Virus record (IMG/VR): IMGVR_UViG_3300045988_143938
DNA from: a virus
Reading direction: 5' to 3' (one strand)
DNA: 64,000 bases
Made by a program: the position numbers and the translations under genes. Below the pieces are notes generated by a model. The model was not told the origin of the DNA. It made no database searches and saw only the letters and a program-made list of their open reading frames with translations. Every line of letters begins with the position of its first letter. Position 1 is the stretch's first letter. Below, piece by piece: positions 24,706 to 34,247 of this stretch.

Positions 24706-27700
24706 TTATATATTAATCTTTCGTTTCCCTTTGTCTATAACCATACCCACTAATCCCATAAACTCCTTTAACACAGCCAAGTTGGCTTCTGTGTTTTGAG
24801 CACTTCTTAGCGTATTGTTAGCTATCGCTCTTAATTGCGTTAGTTGCTGTTCTGCGAGAATATTGTACTTTGGGAAAATTTCATTTCCTAATTTTTCAAG
24901 AAGAGCACGTTTTACACTTACATCCTGTCGGATGCTATTCAGGTATGAACCTAAAAGGTTTGCCGTATCTTCTGTTACACCTTGTATTCCTTTTGTTAAT
25001 CCGGAAGTGGAAGATTCCCCGGTAGCCGTAAGCGCTCCTCCGGTAGCTTTATCAAAGGTTTCAAGGAAAGATTGTGAGGCATCTATCATGGCTTTCCCCT
25101 CATTGTCGAAAAAGTCTTTTATAGCCCCTGCTGCAACAGCGCCATTATCTTGAATATCCGTAAACTCCTTAAACAGGCCTTTTTCTCCGAAAAGTTTATC
25201 CTGTAACTTTTCAAACATGGGCTGTATTACCAAGTTCTTTAATATGTTGTTGGCAACACTTCGCATGATGTTGTTCACTACGTTGTCAAAAGCCTGCGCT
25301 GCATCTTCTCCGTTGGCAAAGGCTTCCGTTAACGCATCACTTATCTGACTTGCCCAATCCTGAAAATCTATTCCGTACAAATCTTTGGTAAGGTCTTCCA
25401 CGAAATAGGCGATTTGCTCGTTCAGTTCCGCAAGCTGGTTCTTATAGTCTTGTATCTTTCCTGCATCAGATTTCTTTTTCCCTTCTTCGTTTCTTAATTG
25501 GCCCTCTATCTCTGCACGTTGAGAAACAAGTCCCACGTATTGGGCCTGATATTGTTTAAGGACGCTGTTATCAAGTTCCTTTCCTACGCCAACCTTTTCC
25601 AATGCTTCCAGCGCTTCCTTGTCTACACCTATTTTAAAGTTTAATCCCATAAAACGCTGCATCCCGGCAGGAAGGCTCTCCATTGATTTTATCCGTTTTT
25701 TTAATTCTTCCACATAGTCCAAACCCTCGTCTTTTAATACTCGGAATTGCATTTTATAGCTTTCGGTAAGCGAACTCCCGGCGCGTTTAACTTGTTCTTC
25801 CAACTGTTCATATAGCAATATGGCACGCTCTATACTTTCGTCTCCACCAAGCGATCTGTCTATGGATTTTCCTAATTGATCGTAGGCGGACTTTAATTCC
25901 TCAACTCTTTGTTTGCTACGCTGGATACTTCTTTCAAGTCTTTTGTCATGTAGTTGCGCAATGCTTCCGATAAAACCGGTTATCCCACCGACTATACCGG
26001 CGGCTCCTTGCATTATAGCCATAGGATTTCCACTGGTAATTCCGGCAAAAAGGGTTCCTCCGCTTTGAGCAATGTTTAATAGTCCTCCTCCAACACTTTG
26101 AATTGTACTTAACGCGTCGGCCATACTGTCATTTCCCAAAGTATCGAACATAGAACTTAGATTACCTAATGTTCCAATGAGTAGATCAGACATTTCTATG
26201 ATCTCCCCAAGTCCTATGCGTACCTTGTCAGATGAGCCAGTTTGCTTGTCTTGTGCATCAGTAACATTTTTTTCGGCATCCGCTAAAGTCTTTAGTTTAG
26301 GTACTAATTTATCAACAACCTTAGTCCGATAAGATAAACCACTATCCGTTCTTTTTGTTTCAGTATGGCTCGTGTCTGAAACGCCAGTAATCACCTTGCC
26401 CCCGTTTTGGATAAACGCAAGTTCTTGTTGAGCTTTTTTCAACTCTTTGGTAGCTTCTACGTACTCCTTTATTCCATTTGATAACGTCTTAAAAGGATTT
26501 CTGCTCTCGCTCTCATCGCGCAGCTTCTTTAATACATTGATAAGCTCTTTGAACTCGTTGACTTTTAGGCTTTGCCCGGTAGTGTTTTTAAAATCCTCTA
26601 AATTTTTAATTAACCTATCAAGCGTTGCGGAAGACAATCGGTCAAGATCATCGAAGGTTTTTGCCCAATCTTCTGAACTTTTGAATTGCTCAAATTTGAT
26701 TGATGCGACATCTTCGCCCGCTTTCTCTTTCCTTTGTGTTATAAGTCTATCGGTAGCTTCTTCTCCAAACTTCTTTCTTCGACTTTCAATATCCGCTAAA
26801 TCTTTTTGAAGATTGCGTTCAATGTCTTCTATCTTTTGGGAATAGTCCTTATAATCTTCTATCATGCCTAAAAGATTATCAAGGCTTTCCGACCGCATTT
26901 TCTTGCCCTCCTCGCTTATTGCTTGATACAGCTTTAAAACGGCTCCTTCTCCGAATTGCTTCTTTACATCATCCTCTTTCATGGCAAGGACATCAGTAAT
27001 GGAAAACTTGCTTCCTGTCTTTTTTAGGGCATCTCCAAGCTGATTGCGGAAATCTTCAACAATGCTTTCAAATGATATGTTTTCACCGAAAGCAATGTTC
27101 ATGGAAAGCGCTTTGTTTCCGGTCGCTTCAAATAGCTTTTTATACAAGTCCCATTTCTCTCCGGCTTGAGAGACATATTTCTCTATTTCCTTTAAGGCGT
27201 TATCGGCTTCTTTTTTTGCGTTTTCAATCTGCTCTTTGTCTATCTTAACGCCAAGAGAAACATATAAATCTTTTTGCTTCTCCTTGCTTTGATCCAGCTG
27301 GTTTTGGATATACTTGTACGCCTTACTCGGATCGCTCAAGTCTAAATTTACCCCCTTGCTATCAAATACTGGTGCAAATTCGGGTATATTCTTTACTCTT
27401 TGGGCGGCCGATTCTTCCCCCTCTATTTTCCTCCATTTCTCGTAGCTGGATATAGCTTTTTCTATGAGGTCGGCACGATTCTTCCATTGCTCGGCAATAG
27501 GGTCTTTGGCTGTATCTGTTGACTTTTCTCTTCCGCCTAACGTTTCGTATATTTTCCTTGTCGTATCAAGTTCTTTGTTATAGGACGCTAATTGTTTTTC
27601 TGAAAATTTATTATCCGGATTAAGGCTGTCTATTTTCTTTTTTAAATCACTTATATTAGTAGACAACCTGCTCATGTATTCTTCATACGATTCACTCTCT

Positions 27701-29667
27701 TTAGGCTTTATGACATTCAAATCTCCAGCGAGCAAGTTTGCTTCCTTTTCCCAATCAGTCAATGGTTTACTTATATCTATTTGGCTCATCGAATGATAAG
27801 ACTGTCTGGCTGTATCTATAATGTTAGCCAAGTCTAAACTTTGCTTTTCAAGTTCCAACAGTCTGTTTCTTGCTTTAGTAATATCCTCCGGTTTATATTT
27901 GGCAAAGGATAGTTCTCTTCCTGTCTCGTCAAACCTTCTATATCCACCCTCTCTGATAATCCCGGCAAGCCTTTCTCTTTCAACATCTACGCTCTGCTTT
28001 TGTATTTGCGCATTTGCCATGGTGCCGATAAATTGTTTTTTGTACAATTCCTTTTGCTCTTGAGAAAGTTTTCGCATCTTCTCAACAGAAAGGGATATTG
28101 CTACTCCGTATTTGTCTGTTTGGGCTACTGCATCCTTGAAGGTGTTAGATAAGTTCTTGGTTATACGTCCTAATTCCCTGCTTTCTTCTGCGCTTTTGTT
28201 GGCTTTTTGGCTAAGGGTTTCGTATCGGTCTATAAGTCCGTCAACGGCCTTGTTCCCCTTCATCTTATCGTTCGTATCGGAAATAGTCTTATTTAAATCT
28301 GTAATAACTTCTGTTGTAGTTTTGACTTCCTCTCGAAACATAACCAATGCTCCTACTACGGTTCCGATAAGAGTTATAATCCAAATTATTGGATTCTTTT
28401 TCATTGCAGCGTTTAACGCATTTTGCACAACCAGTAATCCCTTAGTTGCGACATTTGTCAACATAACAGCAGTTCTATACGAACCATATACAAACGCCAA
28501 CATGCCAAGTATATCGGCAACGGTTTCCCAATGTTTCATCAGCTTGGTAAGTATTTCCAAACTATCAGAAAGGACGCCGCTATTACCCTCTGCAATGTCT
28601 GCCATCATTACATCCCAAGCATCTTGCAAGTTGCTCCATTTACCCGCAAGACTTTCTGCGAGAGCTTCCTGCATGTTGTAGAATTTCCCGCCTTCATTGG
28701 TTAACTCCCAAAGAACATCTTTCACCATGCCAAAGCTGACTTCTTTTCGGCTGATCTTATCGAATACGTCTCCAGCACTGACAACTTTATTTTCAAGAAC
28801 GGTAAACCGTTTCGCCAGCTCATCAACTAACGGAATGCCTGCTTCTGTGAACTGTCTAAGCTCTTGCCCGCGAAGAAACGCGGCACTACGAACTTGTCCG
28901 TATGCCAATATGATACGTCCCATATCAACACCGACACCCGCGGAAATATCAGCAAGCCGCTTAGTCGTATCGTAAAGCTCTTCGTAGGGGATACTATATG
29001 CAGAAAGCTGTTTTGCGTATGACGCTAATTCCTTAAACTGGAACGGGGAAGCCACCGCTAACTCCTTGATGCGGTTGAATATCGTTTCAGCTTTCATGCT
29101 ATCCCCGATAATAGAGGTCAGTGCGATGCGTTGTTTTTGGAACTCCCCACCAATGGTATATAATCCCCTAACAAAACGCTCTACTGTATATATGGAATAC
29201 ACGTTGGCGATTTGATTTCTTAACTCTCCGGCTATTCGAGACTGGGAAGACATGGTTGTATTTGCCCGCTTCATAGCGGAATTATGCGTATCTGCGGCTT
29301 TTGCTGCTTGTAAACGGACGTTTCTAAGCTGCTCAAGGGCTTTTTGAGAGTTGGCGTAAGCGTCGGCACGCATTATTTGAGAAACACCCCTCATGGCTCT
29401 TAATTCGCTTGTATTCACACCTTGCCCTTTAAAGGTTTCTGTAAGCTTCTTGATACTCTCACTATCCACCTCAAGCTTCACCTTGTACGTCTTGTTTTTC
29501 AGCAAGGAATCTACTTTATCCTCAATCTCTTTTACATCAACCTTCAATCCTACTTTCGCGCTGACGGTTGCGTGCATGTTGACGAGCTTTTTTTTGATAG
29601 CTTCGTATTCTTGTGGTGTATAGTCTTTCAGGTGAATCCCAAAATTCAAATTTCCGAGGTCTGCCAT
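24706..29667 (-). CDS. tail tape measure protein
   Basis: 1653 aa, coiled-coil rich; RLADISAGVGVDMGRIILAYGQVRSAAFLRGQELRQFTEAGIPL core; TM/Gly-rich segments. Confidence 0.9.
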   Translation of the reverse strand: MADLGNLNFGIHLKDYTPQEYEAIKKKLVNMHATVSAKVGLKVDVKEIEDKVDSLLKNKTYKVKLEVDSESIKKLTETFKGQGVNTSELRAMRGVSQIMRADAYANSQKALEQLRNVRLQAAKAADTHNSAMKRANTTMSSQSRIAGELRNQIANVYSIYTVERFVRGLYTIGGEFQKQRIALTSIIGDSMKAETIFNRIKELAVASPFQFKELASYAKQLSAYSIPYEELYDTTKRLADISAGVGVDMGRIILAYGQVRSAAFLRGQELRQFTEAGIPLVDELAKRFTVLENKVVSAGDVFDKISRKEVSFGMVKDVLWELTNEGGKFYNMQEALAESLAGKWSNLQDAWDVMMADIAEGNSGVLSDSLEILTKLMKHWETVADILGMLAFVYGSYRTAVMLTNVATKGLLVVQNALNAAMKKNPIIWIITLIGTVVGALVMFREEVKTTTEVITDLNKTISDTNDKMKGNKAVDGLIDRYETLSQKANKSAEESRELGRITKNLSNTFKDAVAQTDKYGVAISLSVEKMRKLSQEQKELYKKQFIGTMANAQIQKQSVDVERERLAGIIREGGYRRFDETGRELSFAKYKPEDITKARNRLLELEKQSLDLANIIDTARQSYHSMSQIDISKPLTDWEKEANLLAGDLNVIKPKESESYEEYMSRLSTNISDLKKKIDSLNPDNKFSEKQLASYNKELDTTRKIYETLGGREKSTDTAKDPIAEQWKNRADLIEKAISSYEKWRKIEGEESAAQRVKNIPEFAPVFDSKGVNLDLSDPSKAYKYIQNQLDQSKEKQKDLYVSLGVKIDKEQIENAKKEADNALKEIEKYVSQAGEKWDLYKKLFEATGNKALSMNIAFGENISFESIVEDFRNQLGDALKKTGSKFSITDVLAMKEDDVKKQFGEGAVLKLYQAISEEGKKMRSESLDNLLGMIEDYKDYSQKIEDIERNLQKDLADIESRRKKFGEEATDRLITQRKEKAGEDVASIKFEQFKSSEDWAKTFDDLDRLSSATLDRLIKNLEDFKNTTGQSLKVNEFKELINVLKKLRDESESRNPFKTLSNGIKEYVEATKELKKAQQELAFIQNGGKVITGVSDTSHTETKRTDSGLSYRTKVVDKLVPKLKTLADAEKNVTDAQDKQTGSSDKVRIGLGEIIEMSDLLIGTLGNLSSMFDTLGNDSMADALSTIQSVGGGLLNIAQSGGTLFAGITSGNPMAIMQGAAGIVGGITGFIGSIAQLHDKRLERSIQRSKQRVEELKSAYDQLGKSIDRSLGGDESIERAILLYEQLEEQVKRAGSSLTESYKMQFRVLKDEGLDYVEELKKRIKSMESLPAGMQRFMGLNFKIGVDKEALEALEKVGVGKELDNSVLKQYQAQYVGLVSQRAEIEGQLRNEEGKKKSDAGKIQDYKNQLAELNEQIAYFVEDLTKDLYGIDFQDWASQISDALTEAFANGEDAAQAFDNVVNNIMRSVANNILKNLVIQPMFEKLQDKLFGEKGLFKEFTDIQDNGAVAAGAIKDFFDNEGKAMIDASQSFLETFDKATGGALTATGESSTSGLTKGIQGVTEDTANLLGSYLNSIRQDVSVKRALLEKLGNEIFPKYNILAEQQLTQLRAIANNTLRSAQNTEANLAVLKEFMGLVGMVIDKGKRKINI

Positions 29668-29675
29668 GTCGATTG

Positions 29676-29933
29676 TTATTTTGTGTCCTTTTTAATAGCG
29701 TTAACGCCGTTTACTATAAAATCATTAAGAGATATCCTTTGTCCTTTAGCTTCCTGCTCTTTCCTTTTTGCCTCCCATTTTTTTGTCAGCTCTTTCATCT
29801 CTTTGGAAGTGTGCATTCCCTTGTCTACCTTATCGTCATTATTGTACACCACAATAGGAGCATCGCATATAAGAAGCTCATACAGAGCATTGGTAAGCAC
29901 CCAGTCCATGTACCAGTTAGGGATATTCACCAT
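29676..29933 (-). CDS. tail assembly chaperone, downstream (-1 frame) part
   Basis: Lies in the -1 frame of 29960-30436; that frame is open from the A9 run to this ORF. Confidence 0.55.
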   Translation of the reverse strand: MVNIPNWYMDWVLTNALYELLICDAPIVVYNNDDKVDKGMHTSKEMKELTKKWEAKRKEQEAKGQRISLNDFIVNGVNAIKKDTK

Positions 29934-29959
29934 TCCCCAAAAGAGAACGAGAGGGCGGG

Positions 29960-30436
29960 TTAATTCGGGATGTTTTTCTCCGTTTGCAAAGGCTGCTCCT
30001 GCCGAAGTTCTTGAAGGATACGATCTGCTTCCTTTCTCGTCATCGTCATCACTGTGTCCTTCATTCCTGTCAAGAACATGGTAATGTTCAAGTATTGAAG
30101 TCTCTGAAATTCCACTTTTTTTTTACCAAGAGCGACGACACTTGTCAGTTCTTGGTCTGTATATTTCTTCCACAGCATGCGCCAATGTATCCAATGGAAA
30201 AGCCTTATTTTCCACCAGTTATTCAGGATTATAAGAGACGCACATCGGGCTGTCACCTCATCGTCTTGTTTACATGATATAAAGGTGTGTGTCAGCTTTC
30301 TTATCGTTCCCCGGTGAAGCCACTTTATTCCAATCTCCTTTTCGCGAAGAGATACATAGTCTGTGCTGTTTTCAAGCACTTCATCAAGTCTTTCCTGTTC
30401 TACCGAAGTAGGTTGAGTTATCGTTTTGTCGTTCAT
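29960..30436 (-). CDS. tail assembly chaperone (gpG-like by position)
   Basis: Between major tail and tape measure genes; probable start MNDKTI. Confidence 0.55.
   Translation of the reverse strand: MNDKTITQPTSVEQERLDEVLENSTDYVSLREKEIGIKWLHRGTIRKLTHTFISCKQDDEVTARCASLIILNNWWKIRLFHWIHWRMLWKKYTDQELTSVVALGKKKVEFQRLQYLNITMFLTGMKDTVMTMTRKEADRILQELRQEQPLQTEKNIPN
30116..30124 (-). promoter_or_regulatory. candidate -1 frameshift site (A9; A AAA AAA)
   Basis: GGT AAA AAA AAA GTG in 0 frame; -1 frame has no stop for 146 codons to 29676. Confidence 0.45.
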
Positions 30437-30492
30437 AATGTTTTGAGGTGTAAAAAGAAAAGGCGGCGGCATAAAGCTCACCGCCATTAATA

Positions 30493-30762
30493 TTAGGTAC
30501 CAGTACCAGCCTGTGTAACTTCTACTGCTGCTGCTTTGCTTGCGGTAGAAATGTTCACAATGGCAGTTCTTGCAGATGCTCCATTATTTGCATCAACCTT
30601 GACCGTTACCACTTTGCCGCTTACGGAAGTCTTGCACCATGTTTCTGTTGATGAAGCAGATACTGGGCTTTCTTCTGTTGTAGCTGTAATGGTCTTCCCT
30701 GTATTATCAGCGCTGCTGACGAAAGACAGGGAAGTAGGAGCTACGGTCAGGAGGCTTTTTTT
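30493..30762 (-). CDS. -1 frame C-terminal extension of major tail protein, BACON/Ig-like domain
   Basis: A AAA AAA heptamer (30756-30762) 2 codons before the stop; -1 frame gives 87 aa: SLLTVAPTSLSFVSSADNTGKTITATTEESPVSASSTETWCKTSVSGKVVTVKVDANNGASARTAIVNISTASKAAAVEVTQAGTGT; no ATG, so absent from ORF track. Confidence 0.65.
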   Translation of the reverse strand, partial: KKSLLTVAPTSLSFVSSADNTGKTITATTEESPVSASSTETWCKTSVSGKVVTVKVDANNGASARTAIVNISTASKAAAVEVTQAGTGT

Positions 30763-31316
30763 GTTAAGAACGCGATATTGTCGTCAGAAGCAGCAGTGGA
30801 CGCTGCACCGTCTTCAATTTCAATCGTTCCACTAAGCGCAAATGCAAACGGAGTGGTGGATGCGTTCTCGAACAACGGGCGTGCGTAGATAGCCATTTTC
30901 TTAACCAATATACATTTCTCTCCGTCTTCGCTCAACAACGCAAAACCTGCATTAATCTTCTTACTGTTCAGAGTTACGGAGATTCCGGAATACTCTTGTC
31001 CGTTTACGGAAGCAGTTGCTACCTTGTTGGCTTCTCCGAGGAAGAAACTAACCAAATCCTCGCTTATACTCGGTACGGTAGCCGCAAATGTAATGTCACC
31101 TGCCGTACTTGTTACAGCCCAGTCCGCTTGAAGCCCATGTACCTTTGTACGGTTCAACGTGGGTTCTGCTTGGGACAGGTTCAGGGAATCCACAGTAACG
31201 GGCAAGTCAAAGTCCGGCTCCACTGTTGCAAAGTCGGCAATACCACCCTTTACCAGCATGATAGAAGAAAGACCGCTAAACACTTCTTTCAACTCTTGTT
31301 TTGATTTCATTGCCAT
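30747..31316 (-). CDS. major tail protein
   Basis: 189 aa, upstream of the chaperone pair and tape measure gene. Confidence 0.7.
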   Translation of the reverse strand: MAMKSKQELKEVFSGLSSIMLVKGGIADFATVEPDFDLPVTVDSLNLSQAEPTLNRTKVHGLQADWAVTSTAGDITFAATVPSISEDLVSFFLGEANKVATASVNGQEYSGISVTLNSKKINAGFALLSEDGEKCILVKKMAIYARPLFENASTTPFAFALSGTIEIEDGAASTAASDDNIAFLTKKAS

Positions 31317-31346
31317 AATAAAAAGTTTTAATCGTTTATTTTATGT

Positions 31347-31751
31347 TTATTTTATCACAAGGTCAGCCCTTATCAATGTAGCGCTGAACCCTAATCCGTC
31401 ATTACCTTTCAGTGTCAGCTTTGGGTTAGAGACGGTGATGACACTGTCACTAATCGGGAACAAGGAAAGGACTTTCCCAACAAGGGCGTCCATTACATTT
31501 AAATCTTCAACGCCGCTTTTCTTTAATCTCACGTAGACCTCTACGGTGCAGTATGTTTGTACGTTTCCGAAACCGCATCCGTAAGTCGAGGAAGTCAATT
31601 GTCCCGGTAGTGATACTACTATGAAATTATCCATTTGCTTAGGAACGGCAGCGGGTCGGTCATTGGTAAACACGTTATCACTAACCGCAGCTGCTGCATT
31701 AAACAATGATTTAAGCGCGTCTTTGTATTTAAAATCCTGCTCGTATCCCAT
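31347..31751 (-). CDS. tail completion / tail terminator-like protein
   Basis: Position immediately upstream of major tail protein. Confidence 0.45.
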   Translation of the reverse strand: MGYEQDFKYKDALKSLFNAAAAVSDNVFTNDRPAAVPKQMDNFIVVSLPGQLTSSTYGCGFGNVQTYCTVEVYVRLKKSGVEDLNVMDALVGKVLSLFPISDSVITVSNPKLTLKGNDGLGFSATLIRADLVIK

Positions 31752-31754
31752 AAC

Positions 31755-32294
31755 TTACATCGGTTTAAATGTCATCTTAGCTATGCTCTCTGCGTAATCG
31801 TATGTGTCGGAAAGCACATTCAGTCCTTTCTTGGATTCCAAATAGTTGGAATATTCAGTACCTGTGCACATTACCAACCCTATTACATCACGAGGAGACC
31901 TATAATTCTTGAGGAAATTTACAGATGTGGTTAATCCGTATTCTCCGTTAGTATCAATCAGATTGTACTTTTTTATAGGTATAAGCCTTCCGTTTTCATA
32001 GCTTCTTACCATTATCACTCCAAGTCCGTCTCCTCTGCTCAATTTAGGGCGGGTAGCGTTCTTTAATCCTTGTGTGACAACAGCGGTTATTATTCGGGAA
32101 AGCCCGCCTCTATAATAAATTCCGACAGCCAATGAAGTCAACGTATTTCCGGTTACATTATGATATTGCGCTGATACTACTCCGTCATGCAGGAGCTTAA
32201 TGGCGATCTCCGTTATCCTATCCAACATATAGTTGTCAATAACAGAATTAATCTTCTTCTTCGCGTCCTCCAAGACTTTAGCATTATCTTCCAT
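31755..32294 (-). CDS. head-tail connector region protein
   Basis: Position between capsid and tail genes. Confidence 0.45.
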   Translation of the reverse strand: MEDNAKVLEDAKKKINSVIDNYMLDRITEIAIKLLHDGVVSAQYHNVTGNTLTSLAVGIYYRGGLSRIITAVVTQGLKNATRPKLSRGDGLGVIMVRSYENGRLIPIKKYNLIDTNGEYGLTTSVNFLKNYRSPRDVIGLVMCTGTEYSNYLESKKGLNVLSDTYDYAESIAKMTFKPM

Positions 32295-32297
32295 ACC

Positions 32298-32630
32298 TTA
32301 ATTTTTAGCCAGATTGAAATATAACGTTGTTCCCATTTCCGTAGGATAGCAATCAGTTACAACACACGCTTCAAAGGTTCCGCCGTAGTCGGTAACGTCA
32401 ACAAGGTCTCCCGCGATAATACCCTTCACAAGTCCGGGAATATCTATGGCGTAATCGCTTTTTATAACGTTGCTTTTCGTAAATGTTCTCAAAGAGGAGC
32501 TTCCATACTTGTTGCATTCTCCCTCATACAGAACTGTTTCCGATCCGTCTTCAAACGAGGTTTCCCCCGAAATACGATACACCTTGCATGTATGCGGAAA
32601 ACGTGGATTGTTTACTTTCATAGAGGCCAC
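32298..32630 (-). CDS. head-tail joining / head closure-like protein
   Basis: Position; 110 aa. Confidence 0.45.
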   Translation of the reverse strand: MASMKVNNPRFPHTCKVYRISGETSFEDGSETVLYEGECNKYGSSSLRTFTKSNVIKSDYAIDIPGLVKGIIAGDLVDVTDYGGTFEACVVTDCYPTEMGTTLYFNLAKN

Positions 32631-33019
32631 CTTTTGTTCATGTTCATACCCAAGTTGACAATCTTAATAGACGATTTCTTAACATTCTCTCCATACAAAG
32701 CATATATGTCATTAGCCATTTGCCGTAAATTGCGCTTGTCATAAGCGGAACTCTCTGTACCGCCTTCTTTATGTTTCCAAACGCCATTGGCATCCTCTAC
32801 ACTTCCCGTTACACTCGGAGTGCTCGCGCACCACATATAAAGATCTGCCCGGCATAAGTCCTTGAGACGCTTTTCGATTGTAGTTACATCAGAACCGGAG
32901 GTGATGCTTCTGTCAATCAATATCGTATTGATTGCGTTGTCTGTAACCTCGAAGCCGACACAGCCACGAAGATATTCTTCAATGGTTGTGCCGGTAGTTG
33001 TATTTAGAGAATCTTTCAT
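32618..33019 (-). CDS. head-tail adaptor-like protein
   Basis: Position directly after major capsid gene; overlaps next gene. Confidence 0.45.
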   Translation of the reverse strand: MKDSLNTTTGTTIEEYLRGCVGFEVTDNAINTILIDRSITSGSDVTTIEKRLKDLCRADLYMWCASTPSVTGSVEDANGVWKHKEGGTESSAYDKRNLRQMANDIYALYGENVKKSSIKIVNLGMNMNKRWPL

Positions 33020-33021
33020 GG

Positions 33022-34233
33022 TTATTTACCCTTTATGTTCAAGTAGTAGAACCAACGAACCTTGTTAGGAACAACCAATCCGGTAACTTCCGATTTGATA
33101 GTCTGCGTCATGGTTTCGTCGTTGAATACTTGGCGAATCAGAGTGCGGCCGCCGTCATACAATGCTGTACGTGCACCCGGAGTTTCCATGAAGATAGGAC
33201 GTCCGCATTGCACGTCTCCCAAATCTTCGTTCGGGACATACGCCATAACTCCTTCCTCGAAGTTCTGCAAGGTCTTGTAGTTGATTTTCTGCGTATCCTT
33301 GTCGTAGCTTTCTACTACGGAGATAGAATCAATTACTCTGATTTTGGCACCGATACGAGCTTCGATAAACGCCTTGATTGCTTCGTCAGGAACAAGATTT
33401 GCAAAAGCAAGCTGCATGTCTTTGTCGGAAATGTCCGGACGGTTGGCGACTGTGTACATCTGACGGAAATACGGCAGATTGATGATGTCGTCCCATGTGG
33501 TCTTGCTTACTTCCCAGTGCCCCTGTGGTGCAAAGTCTTTCTGTCGGCTGTCTCGGTTGACGTCACGCATTACCTTGATAGGATCAATTGTAGTACCTAC
33601 GGCTGCTTTTTGTGTGACAACTCCGGTTGCATCAACCTTATTGTACCAATGAGAATCTTTAATGTTCTTCTTGGGAACGCCAAAGTCTATTGACAAAGAG
33701 ATGCCAAGAGGATTATTAGCCGCATCAATAATCAGGTTTCCTTTTTTGGATACGACTTGGTTTCTCTGATAAAGGAACGTGTTATAGTTACCTCCAAGCA
33801 AGCTGTCTACTCCATTAAACAGAAGTTCCATGATTGTAGCCTCTATTTCCGGTGTAGAACTGCCGATAGCATCCATCAGCATCATCTTTTCACGCAAGAT
33901 TTTACGGCTTAACGTAATCTCGTGCTTGAAAGTAGGCAGTCCGCCCATTTGCAATGAAAGGCCGTCAGTTGACTTGGTAGCACCGTCACTGTCAATATCT
34001 ACGTAGGTAGCCAGCGTGTACGGGCGAATTGTTGCCTCAATCTGTTCGTAAGTAGGATTCAGAGGAATGTTAGGATTTAACGGGAAACCCATTTGGGCAA
34101 AAGTCTGTTCTGCGTTATACTTATCCGCAAACATGTCGTTAATCCATGCCTCCAACGGTTTGTTGCCGGTATATCCCATAGCAGCAAGCCCTCTTCCTAC
34201 AATATCGTAAAATTCTTTGTTTCTTGTGTACAT
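33022..34233 (-). CDS. major capsid protein
   Basis: 403 aa, preceded by scaffold-like and decoration-like genes (lambda D/E-like order). Confidence 0.8.
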   Translation of the reverse strand: MYTRNKEFYDIVGRGLAAMGYTGNKPLEAWINDMFADKYNAEQTFAQMGFPLNPNIPLNPTYEQIEATIRPYTLATYVDIDSDGATKSTDGLSLQMGGLPTFKHEITLSRKILREKMMLMDAIGSSTPEIEATIMELLFNGVDSLLGGNYNTFLYQRNQVVSKKGNLIIDAANNPLGISLSIDFGVPKKNIKDSHWYNKVDATGVVTQKAAVGTTIDPIKVMRDVNRDSRQKDFAPQGHWEVSKTTWDDIINLPYFRQMYTVANRPDISDKDMQLAFANLVPDEAIKAFIEARIGAKIRVIDSISVVESYDKDTQKINYKTLQNFEEGVMAYVPNEDLGDVQCGRPIFMETPGARTALYDGGRTLIRQVFNDETMTQTIKSEVTGLVVPNKVRWFYYLNIKGK

Positions 34234-34247
34234 ATTATCCCCCTTTC

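Noticed and set aside
30536-30835. A 99-aa plus-strand track ORF downstream of the major tail gene.
   Set aside because: It is antisense to the BACON-like -1 frame extension and to the end of the major tail gene. The minus-strand reading has a clear domain signature and a slippery site.
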